A DNA stretch of 64,000 nt from Diadema antillarum (lineage: Eukaryota): assembly GCF_040938485.1 (NCBI RefSeq), contig NW_027271421.1, forward strand, positions 438,567 to 502,566, read 5' to 3'. Shown piece by piece: positions 1 to 14,558 of the stretch (position 1 is its first letter; each line of letters starts with the position of its first letter). A model generated the notes under the pieces. The model saw only the letters and a program-made list of their open reading frames with translations, was not told the DNA's origin and ran no database searches. Position numbers and translations under genes: made by a program.

Positions 1-301
1 ATTTTTCATCATTTTTTTTTGTACACGATCAATGGAAAACTGGTGAAAAATGATGACATCATCAGCTCACTTATTTGCATATTCATATCAACTGTACGAG
101 AATTGCTCTGCAGAAATTAGCGAAATTTCACAATTTCATAACTTCCTTAATCTTTATCAGATTTTGGTTAATTAATTCTCACTGTGGTACTCGCATGAGT
201 TTACTCTGTCTTATCAGACTGATTTAAAACTGGATTGGAATTCCTTTTTAACCCTCTGCGTGCCACAGTAACTTCCAGTCAATAGGTAGTTTCCCACTCA
301 C

Positions 302-478
302 AGATGTGCTTGGAGTGTAGACGTTGAGATAGAGACAATCCTCCGATCTGTTCGGGTAGAGAGGGTCAGGAATTTGTACGCAGGCTGGGGCAAACTCGGT
401 GGCGTTTCTCTCGCCCGTCCATGGAGTCTTGCTTTCTGGCTTAGCGAAACGAGCAGGTGGATTGGCGTAGGGAACCCC
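302..478 (-). CDS. ChE-like paralog P1 exon 2 (GVPYANPPARFAKP...[15 protein letters not shown])
   Basis: Reverse-complement translation gives the FLGVPYAxPP and EDCLYLNV motifs. Acceptor ctccag|GGG and donor |gtgagt. Exon is 177 nt in phase 0, like exon 2 of the other paralogs. Confidence 0.7.
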
Positions 479-640
479 CTGGAGTGTCAGATGACATACA
501 TAAGTTTTGCAACAGCAATACTTTCATCAGTTCCATCAAAATACGAAATCTAACTCAGGCAATGACAATGGAGCTCATGCGTTAATTTTACATATCAAAC
601 AAGAGAAGGTTGAAAGACTATAAAGGCACCTTTGTGAACT

Positions 641-667
641 TTGATTTGATTTGATTTGATTTGATTT
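641..667. repeat. (TTGAT)n microsatellite
   Basis: ttgatttgatttgatttgatttgat read directly. Confidence 0.8.
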
Positions 668-868
668 ATTTCTGCTTAATTCCGTTTCATCAAGATATGA
701 TTGTGTACAAGTCAATTATGACAAACAGTATATCAACACATAGTTTTTAGTACAAAACAAAACAAATACAAACAGCTCAGGGAACTTGAACAGAAGGGTC
801 TCCAAAATAAGCCGAGGCTTGACGGTATGGAGACCCTATACTTAGCTACTCTGGATAGAATAAGGGAT

Positions 869-892
869 AGAGAGAGAGAGAGAGAGAGAGAG
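869..892. repeat. (AG)n microsatellite
   Basis: agagagagag... run read directly. Confidence 0.8.
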
Positions 893-1139
893 GGAAGGGT
901 AGGGGGAAAAGGGACAATTACAGAGTGTATGTGTACAGCTCCAACTACTTTACTTTAAAAGTAATGATAATAAATGTAATACGATAATAATATTAAAGTT
1001 AACACGTTCAGTTGCCTTTCCCGTAGTAATGACCGAATATGCACTGTGAAAAGAGTAATGAATGAATGCAAAGCATTCTACATGAGGTTATCTGTCATGA
1101 AATAACAAACTATATCGTGGTTAAATGTGCACAGTAATG

Positions 1140-1800
1140 GTAAGGCACATGGTATACATACATAACGTGCTCATATACATAATATACATATGTGCCTATC
1201 CTATACATACACATACATACCCATATTTATGATATATATATGGATAGATAAATAAATCGATGTATGTATGCACACATACATGCATCATGTATCACGTACA
1301 TATTTATATACATTTGATTATAATACAATAAAGATATCAAAATGTTATCCTTGGGAATACTGCTTGAGGAGGTGAAGTTTCACAGCCTTCTTGAATGAAT
1401 ACATAGTTGTCATGTTTTTAATTTCGTGTCTGAGTCTGAGTGTCTGATAGAATGATGCGCGAGTGCAGTTTTGGGGTTAAATAAATGTAAATTTGTGGAT
1501 TGTCTGGTAGGATAGGAGTGAATCTCTGAATTTGACGGAAATATTCTGCTAAATATTGGAGGCAAGAGATATGACTTGAGGCAACACATAAATACAGCTT
1601 TTTGGAGAAAGTTTATGTCATTTATCTTAACTCTTAAGAGATTTAAGCTGAAAAAACAAGGGGTCGGTGTGATCTCGAGAGCGTGCTCGACTGCACACTC
1701 AATTGCTCTTTTCTGCAGGAGAAGTATACGGTCTGTGATACATTTGTGGGTTGCCCAAATAATGTTGCAATACGATATATATGGCAGGATCAAAGCATTA
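1140..1800 (-). mobile_element. CR1-clade LINE 3'-terminal fragment (ORF2 C-terminus plus 3'UTR with (TATGTA)n-like tail)
   Basis: ORF 1410..1793(-) contains ILPYISYCNIIWATHK...LQKRAIEC and ...HSYPTRQSTNLHL. These resemble the LEYCsvvW / VQRRA / YxTR tail motifs of CR1/L2 ORF2. The minus-strand downstream side (1140-1400) is a TATGTA-type microsatellite tail. It lies in P1 intron 1. Confidence 0.45.
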
Positions 1801-2562
1801 TACAGGTTAAATAATATACACGAGTTGGAAACTTTTACACTGCAGATATACCATATCTATAACACTGTGTATCATACGTCGGGGAAGGCTGTTTTTTGTT
1901 ACATTATTCGATTATGATGTCTAATCCCATTCGATACCATTGCGTAGTGCCAATTAGGGCTTCTAGCCCATCAATGTGATTGATCACACCGATAAACGCC
2001 TAACAACGTGCAGAAAAATCAATCCCATTCGTTGAGAAACATGAACTCCATTGAAAACAACATCTATTCTGAATAAAGATTGAGAAGAGACCGTCTGTAG
2101 AACACATGAAAAGCAACGACACAGTATATCTGGTCATAATGGTCACTAGCTTATTGGAACTAGAATGACTAGTTTTCTGAAATACGAAATCAATTGAACT
2201 GTGGTCTGACTTTCTACAATAAATGCGATGTTATTTATATCCAAAATAATATGTAGGACCGCGTAAAATGCATTTGGAGAAGCCATTCGCAGCGGAAGAC
2301 AATTGGATCCGACAGTATGTCATAGTGGCTTGTAAAATGACTGCGAAAAATTAAGGCGGTGCACGTATGATATATGAAGACTTACATGGTTGGCATAACG
2401 ACGAAAAACGCTCACTGTACTAATGTACTTGAAACTATATAGTGGCATTACTATAATCATCATCAATAGCCATCCGTAAAACTTCGATATAGAGTGCATA
2501 ATATACACGCATACCTTGGTATTGAAAGAAAAAGAGATTACGGATAGAACAGCAACCCTTAC

Positions 2563-2724
2563 CAGAAATACATCGACATCGATTGTTTTGTTGATGAAGG
2601 TGTCTTCGCTGAATCGCACGGTTTTCCCCACAATGATTCCCTCAGCGACATTCACTGCCGGGCTTCTGGCCCGACTTACCCCGAGGAAGGCACCGACCGC
2701 CAGAACAAAAAGTTGAAGTTTCAT
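2563..2724 (-). CDS. ChE-like paralog P1 exon 1 (signal peptide, MKLQLFVLAVGAFLG...VGKTVRFSEDTFINKTIDVDVFL)
   Basis: ATG at 2724, hydrophobic N-terminus, donor ctg|gtaagg at 2563. The 54 codons are homologous to exon 1 of P2, P3 and P4. Confidence 0.7.
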
Positions 2725-3618
2725 TTTCGCTATCTAGTGCGACTTGGCAGCACCGACAACATGCAGTAAACGGTTTCGAAGGAAATTCTGCAAAAAGTTA
2801 GACCTTGAAACTCTACCCATCCCATTTTGCTGTTTATCAAAGGCTTGCATAATGTCATGTCATTGTTTGCTATATTCTATTCATACCCTTTATCTGTTTG
2901 CTTTACCAAGCAAGATAAAGAAAGATTTTTTGACTGAATAATGCTTTTAAAGGAGATAAGCAACGTTCTAATAGATTCTGCCGAAGAGCCTCGATGTTTT
3001 TCATTCTCACGTTGTTGTCCTATACCTGCCTAGGATCCTTAACCTTATTAAAAACAATGATTACCATTAACTCAAAATGTAAAATCAAATTTAAACAATA
3101 TACGTTACCAGAAAATATGTTGGAAAGCAATATTCTCGCTATGCTGCATGGAATTGACCCTTTCCCCCTTAGAAACTAGATACCATTCCGTCCAATCGAA
3201 GTGACCTTTAATCAAGTACTGATAAGACTTATTATGTTCATTCTCCAAGATAATACGCATGCACAACGGATAAGAGTCACATTCCTTCGTCTTTTGAGAT
3301 CTGTATCACGATTGAGATTGTTTGTGCCAACGATGATGGCAAGCATGAGTTAATCTAGAGTTTCAATGAACATCACCCACCTCTTAGGATTGTATGTTAT
3401 TGGAATTGTTTCGCTGATCTCGATATCTTATACAAACGCCCAAAAAGGGGAAAAAAGAAAGATAACGATTGAAATAATCTCTGATTTTGAGTTGGAGGGC
3501 TTAAATTCAAGTGAATTTTTTATTGTATTGTTATTTAACTGAAGACTCATTAAGTGTAAATAAGAGTTTATGTGTACATATAAATGCATAATCATATTTC
3601 CACGTTCATATATACACA

Positions 3619-3645
3619 TGTGTGTGTGTGTGTGTGTGTGTGTGT
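3619..3645. repeat. (GT)n microsatellite
   Basis: Read directly. Confidence 0.8.
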
Positions 3646-4111
3646 ACGTGTGCTTGTGTAATATTAACTTGCTATCCCAAATATCGATCACATAAAGCAA
3701 CGACCTCGATTTGTTGCGTAATTCGATGGAGAGAGAAAGAGGAAGTGACAATTATTAGCTATTATAATAAGATATGACTTGTATTTATCTCCGTGCTTGT
3801 GCACGTGTGTGTCTTTGAGTATGCCACAACTGATTACACATCATACAGAAAACAGTTTATTAGAACAATAAATGCATTGATTGGACCAAAAGAAGCTTAT
3901 TTTGCTGCAGAAACACAAACAACTTCTTCCTATTTATCATGTACAAGGGTTTAAAAATTAAAAATTTAATGCACAAATAGGGAGATAAAATCCATCATGA
4001 TCAGGCTTTATACGATAAAATTGATTAACAAGTCATTTTCATCACTTTGATTTGATTTGATATGGTTTATTTATTTTCCGTATGACATCATTTACAATTC
4101 TTTTTAAAGCG

Positions 4112-4116
<5 letters not shown>

Positions 4117-4151
<35 letters not shown>
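4117..4151. repeat. (AT)n microsatellite
   Basis: Read directly. Confidence 0.8.
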
Positions 4152-4153
<2 letters not shown>

Positions 4154-4831
4154 CGGAGAAACTGAATACCTAATTTCAACCTGTCTGGTTTTGAAAGTGT
4201 TATTTATACTCTGAAAGTTTCATTTTCCTTGAAATTTTATTTCTGACATTTTAGGTAATTGTATGCAAGACGTTTTAAGAAAACGATGCCAACCTAACTA
4301 TCATGAGATGATGCTTTAGTGAGACTAACGGCAGACTTAACTTTCTTTAAGAGAATCTTTGTACATCTGCTGATGGCTGCAAAGTTCCTTGTAAAATTCA
4401 CCTATTCACTGAAACATCACTGCTCAGGCTGATGGGAGAGCAAGCAGCAGCAACACAGTAAGGCTGCAGGAGATGCAAACAGTAATCCCCAACTATATTA
4501 TTCAAATGTTAAAAAATGGTAAAAGTTATTATAGTCATGTCTTGATAGCAGCAGTACGTTATTAGCATCATTGATTGTGACTATGTCTCAAAATGTAATT
4601 ATCTCTTTCCCAGGAGAAAATCAAAATTGAAGAACAGATGCAATATTGAAAAATCATGTGTTAGAATTGAAGCGTTCGAGAATCGTTTTGCTTCCGAGCT
4701 CAATTGAAATATGGAATAAGCTAGATTCTAACTTAAAATAATTAAAGTAATGGTGGTCCTAAACTATTCTGACGGACTGACGGAGTCACGATGAAGAACC
4801 GTTTCAGTTGTCGTTCTCATAAGGTTTTCAG

Positions 4832-4947
4832 TCAGTTACAGGTAGACCCTTGCTTGTACTCCTCGAATTCTTGTTGCCATCCAGTCAGTCCCGTTTTCCA
4901 GATGCTAAAACTGTCTTGCCAATCCTTCTCTAGTTCGTCGATGTCTC
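4832..4947 (-). CDS. P2 exon 10 (terminal; WAT/T-peptide-like tail DIDELEKDWQDSFSIWKTGLTGWQQEFEEYKQGSTCN, stop TGA 4832-4834)
   Basis: Acceptor tatcag| at 4948-4950, phase 1. Trp residues at a 7-residue spacing and a C-terminal Cys. Confidence 0.7.
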
Positions 4948-5939
4948 CTGATAAAGATACCGGAGAGGAATGACATGATTTATCACATTTCATGTGCTCT
5001 TAATTCTTTTCAAATTGTACATTTTGCTTCCGAATATTTGAAGATACCTCATAGGGTTGCACTGCTACGTAATGTAATGTGAGCGATGATGTTGAGTAGC
5101 GTTCCATCAACGTGTTATCCGATCATTCACATCATTTTTAAGTCTGAACTTTTCTAACGTGGCTGTCAAGGAAGCAATGAATGCTTGAAGTAAGCAACCG
5201 CTCGACTGACGATTTTAAGTCCCCTATCCGAAAGAAAACGCAATGAGGGACAATTGCCAAGGAACTCATCCGCCAAATCCAGGTGGATTCGAACCACAAA
5301 CCTCGGATTGACACTCCATCGTCTTTTCCACTGAGACACAGCATCCAACCTTCGAGACAAGATATTACTTTAGACTTTGCTCTGACTTCCTCGTCTCTTT
5401 AAATTCGACAACACCGACTCACTTCTCAGCTCAGATTGGTTGTAGTAGACAGCTGAACTCATTTCCTTCCCGAAGTCATTTGTAAATTTCAATGCTTTTT
5501 AGAAATATGGTAGAATACTGATCCATTTTCGTTGGAACTTTCAAAGTTTATAATCTCTTTCCTGTTTACAACAATAACTGTTAACCGTTGAAAGTATTCC
5601 TTCTCCTCTTGATATACCACTAATCCAAATCCAGCTTTGGACATCAAAGACATAATTATGGAATTATACAAGTACCTTCAAACAACCGTTTTACCAATGC
5701 TTCTCGTTGCGTAGTGTTGCTCAAGAAAGCCTATAATTATTTGTAATGACATAAGTAAAGCTTATTCAATCTTCGAGATTCAATTTTCAAGATTTCATCT
5801 GACGATACTGGTATACCGCATGTTAAAGTGAGTTTTGGACCGTGTATTCAATAAGTAATATCAAACATTATATAGTCTGACCATAGAATCAGATGTGAAA
5901 TGTTTCTTTGAAATGACTGAAACTGACGTGTAGACTTAC

Positions 5940-6121
5940 TTGCATGAGTGAGAAGAGTGGGCATGTAGGAGTTCCAGAAGTGGCACTGCCTGGCTCGAAC
6001 AGCTCTACCGACTGCAAGGCCAGGAGCCAGTTCCTTGTAGTTGAGTTCAGGGATGGAGTAACTAGGCCAGAGATCCTCCCCGACTCCAGGTTCGGCATCA
6101 ACGCTTGGCTTGCTTGGATCA
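5940..6121 (-). CDS. P2 exon 9 (…WPSYSIPELNYKELAPGLAVGRAVRARQCHFWNSYMPTLLTHA)
   Basis: Acceptor cattcag|, donor a|gtaagt. Phase 2 to 1, 182 nt, as in the paralogs. Confidence 0.75.
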
Positions 6122-6793
6122 CTGAATGCATATCATTTCACAACTGAGATTTTGGACTGGTAGAGGATGGTGAAAATGATGGTGATAATGATAATGATAA
6201 TGATGAGCAGCCTTTACATAGTACTATATGTCTGTAAAGAACATTAAAAGGCACCTGGCTCCCACTTTATATGTCACGTATTATTCACAAAGTTGCTGGA
6301 TGAAACTTTACAATATTATGTAGAATGCATATCGCGTATTTCATAGCGTTTTACTACTGTAATAATTAGCATGGCTCTATTCCAGTCCATATTTAGTCAA
6401 GAATGTAAAACTTGCCATCCGCAAAGCACACGCCTTTTTTCCAGTTATTTTAATGCTTTTTTGCCATATCGATATTGGCAAAAAAAAATTTGAAGTAAAG
6501 TCAACTGCTCAATGACATAGTTCTATTTTGACTGTGATCCCCTCTGTTATGTTCATGAGGTTACATGTACATCATGTTAGAAATGATTTCAAGTGATCCT
6601 CAACTCCTTCCACAATGTTCTTCATGTTCTCTTCTGTACGTACTCGTACATCATCTACGATAAATTTTACATATGTCATGGAATATCTGCCATGTGGTAT
6701 CAGTACAGATTTCTATATTGGTTCCATGTTTTCTTATTCTATCATAGTTTAAGGTAACAAACAAAACCAAATCAAAGCTGTCATTGTGCTTAC

Positions 6794-6988
6794 CCAGATT
6801 TTGCGAAGTTTGTCCAGAACTCCATAAATTTAACGGAGAGGGCGTTTTCCTCGTCGGTCATGTTATGTCCTTTGATGTGGTAGAGCTCATCTATGAAGGG
6901 GATTCCCCAGACAAAGGTGATGTCCTCAGCATGTCCCGCTCCAAGCCAGGGTGTCGTGGGGGCCAAACCCTGGTATTCCACATAGCTC
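6794..6988 (-). CDS. P2 exon 8 (catalytic His: SYVEYQGLAPTTPWLGAGHAEDITFVWGIPF...NFAKSG)
   Basis: Anchored to ORF 6790..7071. Acceptor gtacag|, donor gg|gtaagc, 195 nt. Confidence 0.8.
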
Positions 6989-7948
6989 CTGTACATCATA
7001 GTCGACAAATACACAGAAAAGAAACCCACTTTACACTGGCAGGGGCTGTTAGTAAGTATACACATGAACAATTTTTTTTTTTTTATTGGTATTCCAGGGA
7101 CCTGTCTTATGAAGAGTTATAATTGATTAGGCCCTATAAAGTTGATTTATACGGTAAGTCTATGGCAGCCTTTGTAGTAAGGAAATTTATAATCGGTTAT
7201 ATCTTTTGATAAAACGGAACCGGAATCAACAATCAACTAAATCAAAGTGGGTTTTATAGTGATTGACACACATGCTTCGCGGGGCAACGCGTAGTATTTG
7301 GTTATTCTGCTTGTCGGTCTCACCCGATTGGACGAAGAATTCAAGAGTTTTACTCGTTGGTTTTCCCTTGAATGGTAATGATCAAAATAACAATAATGAC
7401 AACAATACGTTGCTTTTATAGAGTATCCCCGGATATTACCGCCATTGCGTATCAATGCTCTATTGCTATAATGCTAAAAATGTAAGTTATCGGAAGCAAC
7501 ATAATGGCAGGTAAACTGAAATATATAACTTTGCGCGAAGTGATAGGGAGGTACAGTTGTGTCAGTGCAAGAGTTTTTCCACTTGATCCTTTTCAATGTT
7601 TCTCTTTAGTTTGATCAGGATCATCATTACGATAACAAAAGTGTGGAAAAATATTTTCACTGTCTTTAGAATGAAGCAGGCAAGGTAGCAAATAGCATAG
7701 TTTGGAAAGTAGATTTACTCAACACATGGATACTGAAATCAGAGAAGGACCAAGTTCTGCGCAATACACCATGCATAATTATGCGATCATCATCCTCTTT
7801 TCAATTAAAGATGTGTTGATATTTCTGTGCAGTAAATTTCGATGTGCGATCACAATCCATGTTTTAATCTAAAAATTGGTGAATATTTTGGTCTTATAGG
7901 AATGTATAAGTCTGGCATGAGATATACACGGTCATGGGCCTGGCTAAC

Positions 7949-8403
7949 CTTGTTGGTGCGTATGGCATGTAGTACTTATAAACAGTCCCTCCTGCTTGAT
8001 AGTGCGCCCTCACGAGTGCATCAGTTGGACAGTTGAAAGCGAAATCGCCGAAAAATGCTACCAGGGCATCAAAATACGAGGCGTTGGTGTTATCGTAAGT
8101 CGCCCAGTGTGTGTACTCCTGATCCACAGAATTGAGTACTATTTCATCCGGAAGCACGTATGAAGTGAGATAAGTATGCATGCTGGCAAGGTATACTTCT
8201 CGGCTGACAGGGGGCGGTGTTGGGCTTCCAATATATTCCGCGGCTGCCTGGGTATAAAGAAATAGCGTCCCCTCGTCCTTGTTAAAGCCGGTAAGAATTG
8301 GAATCTTCGCAAAGTCTCCCTTCCGGTAGAGGTTTAACGGAGAATCCTCAAGAAAGACGCCATCCAGGGTGACAGGGTAAACTGAATAATGGTCCGAGTA
8401 AAT
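7949..8403 (-). CDS. P2 exon 7 (acyl pocket plus catalytic Glu in GFNKDEG; ...FNCPTD...YMPYAPTR)
   Basis: Anchored to ORF 7894..8427. Acceptor ttttaaag|ATT, donor ag|gttagc. Phase 0 to 2, 455 nt. Confidence 0.8.
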
Positions 8404-9168
8404 CTTTAAAACAATGATAATGTTCAAGGATATGAGTCATTCGTTACTTTTATCTGTAATTATGCGTAGCAGTTATCTTATCAAAATGCTTGCCAAGGAA
8501 AACCGATTATTCAAGCTTTTAACATTGGGTTTTAACTTGCTCAAGTTCGACAACATTCGTTATAAACCGATTGCCATGACGATAGTCAGCGATAAAGATA
8601 TTTGAAAACATTACAGTGCGACACGCCTCCAACTTTCCTTCGGGTTTGAACCTCTTACAAAGGAGCCTGAAGGAAACAAATGTAAATGTAATACAAGGAT
8701 GATGCCATCAGATGACCATAAATATTGGGTGTATATGCGCGCAAGGTAGAGTGGTGGGAATACAAATAGTAAGTCATTCAGACCCCAGTCAAGTACTGCA
8801 TGTATCTGGTTATTAAACCGAACAAAATATTGTTAAAACTCTATAATGATGCATTGAGACGACAGCCATGTGCTATTTATCCGTTACTTTTATTGTATTT
8901 TTTACGAGGCAAGGAAGGCTTGGTTCACAAGACATATATGAATTCATTGATGTAGTTCATGAACTTCGAGAACTTGAATCTTTTGACTGTCAAGTCACAT
9001 ATGCATTGTGTAATATAGGTATACCTACACAGGGGGAGTTCTGCTTGAAATGACCACAGTACGAGGGAGTGAAACGAATTAATTATATCAAGTCATACAT
9101 GTAGTTCATAAAGCAATGCAGTCTGTAGGTATCATAAATCTTGTACATTCATGACTAATAAGAGTTAC

Positions 9169-9336
9169 CTGATCAGCTGTGTTACTCAGGTTACGGGCAT
9201 CTACTCCCCTCAGACACTCGACAAGGATAGATGATGTAGACACGTCACAGCCCAGTGCTAGGCCCAGGTCTCGGGATAGCCGTCGTTCTCTGTCCGGGTC
9301 ATCTTCGAAGGCCCAGCTACTGAACACATTCCCACT
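9169..9336 (-). CDS. P2 exon 6 (SGNVFSSWAFEDD...VECLRGVDARNLSNTADQ)
   Basis: Anchored to ORF 9106..9327. Acceptor ctgtag|AGT, donor cag|gtaact, 168 nt. Confidence 0.8.
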
Positions 9337-9420
9337 CTACAGCCAACGATAGCCAATATTAAAGGGATAGTGTGATGTGGTAAAATGAAGTTGGATCGAC
9401 TATACGTCAGCTGGAATATT

Positions 9421-9480
9421 TGTGTGTTTGTGTGTGTGTGTGTGTGTTTGTGTGTGTTTGTGTGCGTGTGTTTGTGTGTT
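9421..9480. repeat. (TG)n interrupted microsatellite
   Basis: Read directly, in P2 intron 5. Confidence 0.8.
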
Positions 9481-9857
9481 TTGTTCAAAGTAATGTTATT
9501 GTGAAAAATAGCCTGATGTTGAATGAAATTCAAACAGAGAATATCATTAAAAAGTGTGCGTATACGTGTGTGCAAATGACACTGACACTGTGAAACATTT
9601 CATCAGTTTAACAGAAACAGAAATTAATGCAATCAACAATAGTATGTATCACATCACACGTTTTCTATCGCTATATGAGAATCAATTTTGTTATTATTAT
9701 TATTTTTAGAATGGTTTATTAGGTAAAAGTTTGCAAAATCGTAGCCCGAAGGCTAAAATACATTGCACTGACAACTAGATACATTGAACTGTCATACATT
9801 ACATCCACATTAAAAATCACAATCAGTCATAAAATATATTGCAAAAAAGAAAAATTA

Positions 9858-10334
<477 letters not shown>

Positions 10335-10402
10335 TTATCTTTAAATAGGTAGGCTTGCAATATATCAATGCTTTACGTAATTAGTTGTCTTTTTTTTCTT
10401 AC

Positions 10403-10480
10403 CTTCAATGTTTTCATAGATCCATTTAAGGGCTGCTGCTTGGTCGAGCATACCAACATTTCCCCGAGCTGAGTCATCCT
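10403..10480 (-). CDS. P2 exon 4 (EDDSARGNVGMLDQAAALKWIYENIE)
   Basis: Acceptor tttccag|, donor g|gtaaga, 78 nt, phase 1 to 1. Confidence 0.75.
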
Positions 10481-11189
10481 CTGGAAATAAAAATGCATTT
10501 CATTGTTTGTTATACACAAAAACAAACAAACAAACACACAAACAAAAAATACAACCCCCCCCAAAAAAAAAAAACAATACCCAGAACAAAAAAAAAAACA
10601 AAACAAAACAAAATAACAACAGCGACAAAAAAAAAAGATAACAAACAACAACTACCACATTGCCTCAATCAGTTGTCTTCGTTTTCCTAGTCTCCTAGTT
10701 TTAGTATAAAAGAACGAGAAGTGAAAATCACATGTCTGTAATCACAGAATTCTACAGATTGCCTATCGCTTAGGAATAATGTCTGGCAACTTCAGAAACA
10801 GTAATGAGCAATGTCCCTACTAACTCCACGGTCCTCTGAATGACGTTACTGAATACGAAATAAGCTACCAAACAATGATTAGTGGGAAAAATCTTCAGGA
10901 AGTGACAAATTGTATAGACGTCAGAAAAAGACATACTATCGAGTATTAAAGTCATCGCTTTACCATAGAGATAACAGTTCATCTTACTGAAATTGGGGTT
11001 ACAGGTTTTAGTTCCCATTCAGGGGCGTCACCAGCTTTTTTTCAAGGGGGGTGCGTTTTGACACTAAATGTTTACGAGATTTTTTTGGACAGACATTTGG
11101 AATATAGGAAGCTCTCAATCCCTAGACTTTTACTGTTTTTTGAGGGAAACCAAGCGGGGAAAGGGTTAGGGTATACCCCCTATAAATGG

Positions 11190-13410
11190 ATTATGGAATG
11201 ACGGTGTGAAACGACAAATTACTGGCAGCGATATCAGGAGAATGGCATGACGAATACATGCGAGCGAGGGGAGCGAGCGAGCTTGAAAATTTTGACATTT
11301 TACAGTCCAAAAACTGCCGTTTGTAGCCATATTTTTTTGCTTTGTAAATTAAGGGGGGCGCACCGGGCGCAACTGCTGGCAATTACTGGCAGCAACATCA
11401 GGTAAACTGCATAGTAATTAAATGCGAGCGAGCAAAGAGAGCGAGTTTGGAAATTTTGACATTTTACAGTCCCAAAACTGCCATTTGGAGCCATATTTTT
11501 TCGCTTTGGAAATAAAGGAGGCGTGGGGGGGGGGGGGAGGGTCGCAACGGGCGCAACTGCCGGTAATTACTGGTAGCAACATCAGGAGAATTGCATAACA
11601 ATTAAATGCGATCGAGGTAAGCGAGCGAGCTTGAAAATTTTGACATTACAGTCCAAAAACTGCCGTTTGTAGCCATATCTATTTGCTTTGGAAATTAAGG
11701 GGGCGCACCGGGCGCAACTGCTGGCAATTACTGGCAGCAACATCAGGTGAATGGCATAGCAATTAAATGCGAGCGAGCGAAGAGAGCGAGCTTGAAAATT
11801 TTTGACATTTTACAGTCCAAAAACTGCCGTTTGGAGCCATATTTCTTCGCTTTGGAAATAAAGGAGGGGTGGGGGCGCAACGGGGCGCAACTGTCGGTAA
11901 TTACTGGCAGCAACATCAGGAGAATTGCATAACAATTAAATGCGAGCGAGCGAGCGAGCGAGCTTGAAAATTTTGACATTTTACAGTCCAAAAACTGCCA
12001 TTTGTAGCCATATTTTTTTTTTTGCTTTGGAAATTAAGGGGGGGGGGCGCACCGGGCGCAACTGCTGGCAATTTTACTGGCAGCAACATCAGGTGAATGG
12101 CATAACAATTAAATGCGAGCGAGCGAAGAGAGCGAGCTTGAAAATTTTGACATTTTACAATCTAAAAACTGCCTTTTGGAGCCATATTTTTTCGCTTTGG
12201 AAATAAAGGAGGGGGGGGGGGGGCGCACCGGGCGCAACTGCCGGCAATTACAGGCAGCAACATCAGGAGAATTGCGTAACAATTAAATGCGAGCGAGCGA
12301 GCGAGCGAGCTTGAAAATGTTGACATTTTACAGTAAAAAACAAACAAACTGCCGTTTGTAGCTATATTTCTTCGCTTTAGAATTAAAGGGGGCGCATCGG
12401 GCGCAATTGCTGGCAAATACTGGCAGCAATATCAAGAGAGCATAATGATTACATTCGAGCGAGCGGAATGAGCGAGCTTGAAAATTTTGCATTTTACAGT
12501 CCAAAAACTGCCGTTCTTAGCGATATTTTTCGCTTTGGAAATTAAGGGGGAGGCGCAACGGGCGAAACTGCAGGCAAGTACTGGCAGCAACATCAGAAGA
12601 ATGGCATAAAGATTAAATGCGAGCGAGCGAAGAGAGCGAGCTTGAAAATTTTACATTTTACAGTCTAAAAACTGCCGTTCTTAGCCATATTTTTTCGCTT
12701 TGGAAATTAAGGGGGGGGGGGGCGCACCGGGCGCAACTGCAGGCAATTACTGGCAGCAACATCAGAAGAATGGCATAAAGATTAAATGCGAGCGAACGGA
12801 GCGAGCGAGCTTGAAAATTGTGACATTTTACATTCCCCAAACTGCCGTTTGTAGCTATATTTTTCGCTTTGGAAATTAAGGGGGGGGGGCGCACCAGGCG
12901 CAACTGCCGGCAATTACTGGCAGCAACATCAGAAGAATGGCATAAAGATTGAATGCGAGTGAGTGAAGAGAGCGAGCTTGAAAATTTTACATTTTACAGT
13001 CTAAAAACTGCCGTTCTTAGCCATATTTTTTCGCTTTGGAAATTAAGGGGGGGGGGGGGCGCACCGGGCGCAACTGCAGGCAATTACTGGCAGCAACATC
13101 AGAAGAATGGCATACAGATTAAATGCGAGCGAACGGAGCGAGCGAGCTTGAAAATTTTGACATTTTACAATCCCCAAACTGCCGTTTGTAGCTTCAAGTA
13201 TATTTTTTCGCTTTGGAAATTAAGGGGGCGCACCAGGCGCAACTGCCGGCAATTACTGGCAGCAACTCCAGGAGAATGGCATTACGACTAAATGCAAGCG
13301 AGAGGAGCGAGCAAGCTTGAAAATTTGACATTATTTACTGTCCACAAACTGCCGTTTGCAGCTATTTTTTTTTCGCTTTGAAAATTAAAGGGGGGGGGGA
13401 CGCCCGGTGC
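11190..13410. repeat. ~169-bp satellite, about 13 tandem copies
   Basis: The motif gcgagcgagcttgaaaattttgacattttacagtccaaaaactgccgtttgtagccatatttt...gcgcaccgggcgcaactgctggcaattactggcagcaacatcagg recurs with periods of 163-180 bp. Copies differ in poly-G and (GAGC)n length. Confidence 0.85.
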
Positions 13411-14555
13411 GCCCCACCCCCTGGATCCGCCACTGGTAGTCAAGGGTGTGGGTTTATGTTCATGACTGGGGGAGGTATGACCAGCGAGGTGGCGTCGAAG
13501 TGACCAAGCGTTGAAAGGATGTCCAAAATCTGCACTTTAGAGCATCCCCTAAACTAATTGTGCGTGTTTGTTTGTGTGTGTGTATATTATATACATGGAA
13601 AAGTTAGGAATTAACCCAGGTCAAGTCTTTTTATTGGCAATGCAAGACATTTATATATATATATATATATAGACTAGTATGTAAAGCAACACTGCAAAAT
13701 CAATGATCTAGCTTTGATATAACGAAGCGTAAGGTACAAAGGTGTACATTCTACATCACATTGCGCAACATTGTAGCAGGGAGGTGGAAGCCCCTGATTG
13801 TAGCGACTCTTCGTTCGGATGTACTGAGTACACTGCGCATATCCTGCTTATATGCAGAATGCCAACCAGGAATCACAATCTTTTGTCGGGTCCGGGCTTT
13901 TTGAACAATGTTTCACACTATATACCTATTTAATTATGGTTAAAAGAAATCATAGAAAGATATCTTATTTCTGGATCACCCTTTCATTCAAAAGCAGTTT
14001 ACTAACACTTGAACTACTATTTCGGGAAATCCTTTTTTTTTTTACCAGCGGATTGGGAGGGGCCGCACCCCCCCCCCCCTCTCCGTAGTTACGCCATTGC
14101 TTTTGGGTGAAATAATTGGACAGATTTCTTGAATTCTAACAAAAAAGCAAGAAAAGCTTTTCATCGCGGGAATTATGATTATGTGGGGTGGGGCAAATGG
14201 TGCGCTTGCCTTCCAATATTTTCATGGGGGCAACATTTTTGTTTTCTTTCAAAAGCAAGAAAATCTTCTCATTTCGGGAATTATTGATTACGGGGGGGGG
14301 GCAATTAATATGCTTGCCCCTCCATTTCTTTTTATTTTTTTTAATGAGGCTAAGGCTCGCTCTTGGGCTGGCAATATGGATTGGTCAGAAGTAACGTACA
14401 TAGACCCTACATACTTGTAAGTAGCACACGTACATGCAAACGTGTATAAGTGCTCCGTATCGTACGGATGTACAGTATGGTCGATAAATAGTAAACACTG
14501 TAGAATACTAATAGATAAGTATAAAATCAGTGCTGCCAGAACCAGGGGTGCGAAT

Positions 14556-14558
<3 letters not shown>

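Noticed and set aside
5265-5345. A minus-strand tRNA (exact B box GGTTCGAATCC)
   Set aside because: No acceptor-stem pairing could be found for any register. It is probably a tRNA or SINE fragment. It is not called as a gene.
11190-13410. Regularly spaced repeats considered as a CRISPR-like array
   Set aside because: The unit is about 169 bp with no unique spacers. It is a satellite in a eukaryotic intron, and the many small ORFs inside it are the same translated monomer.
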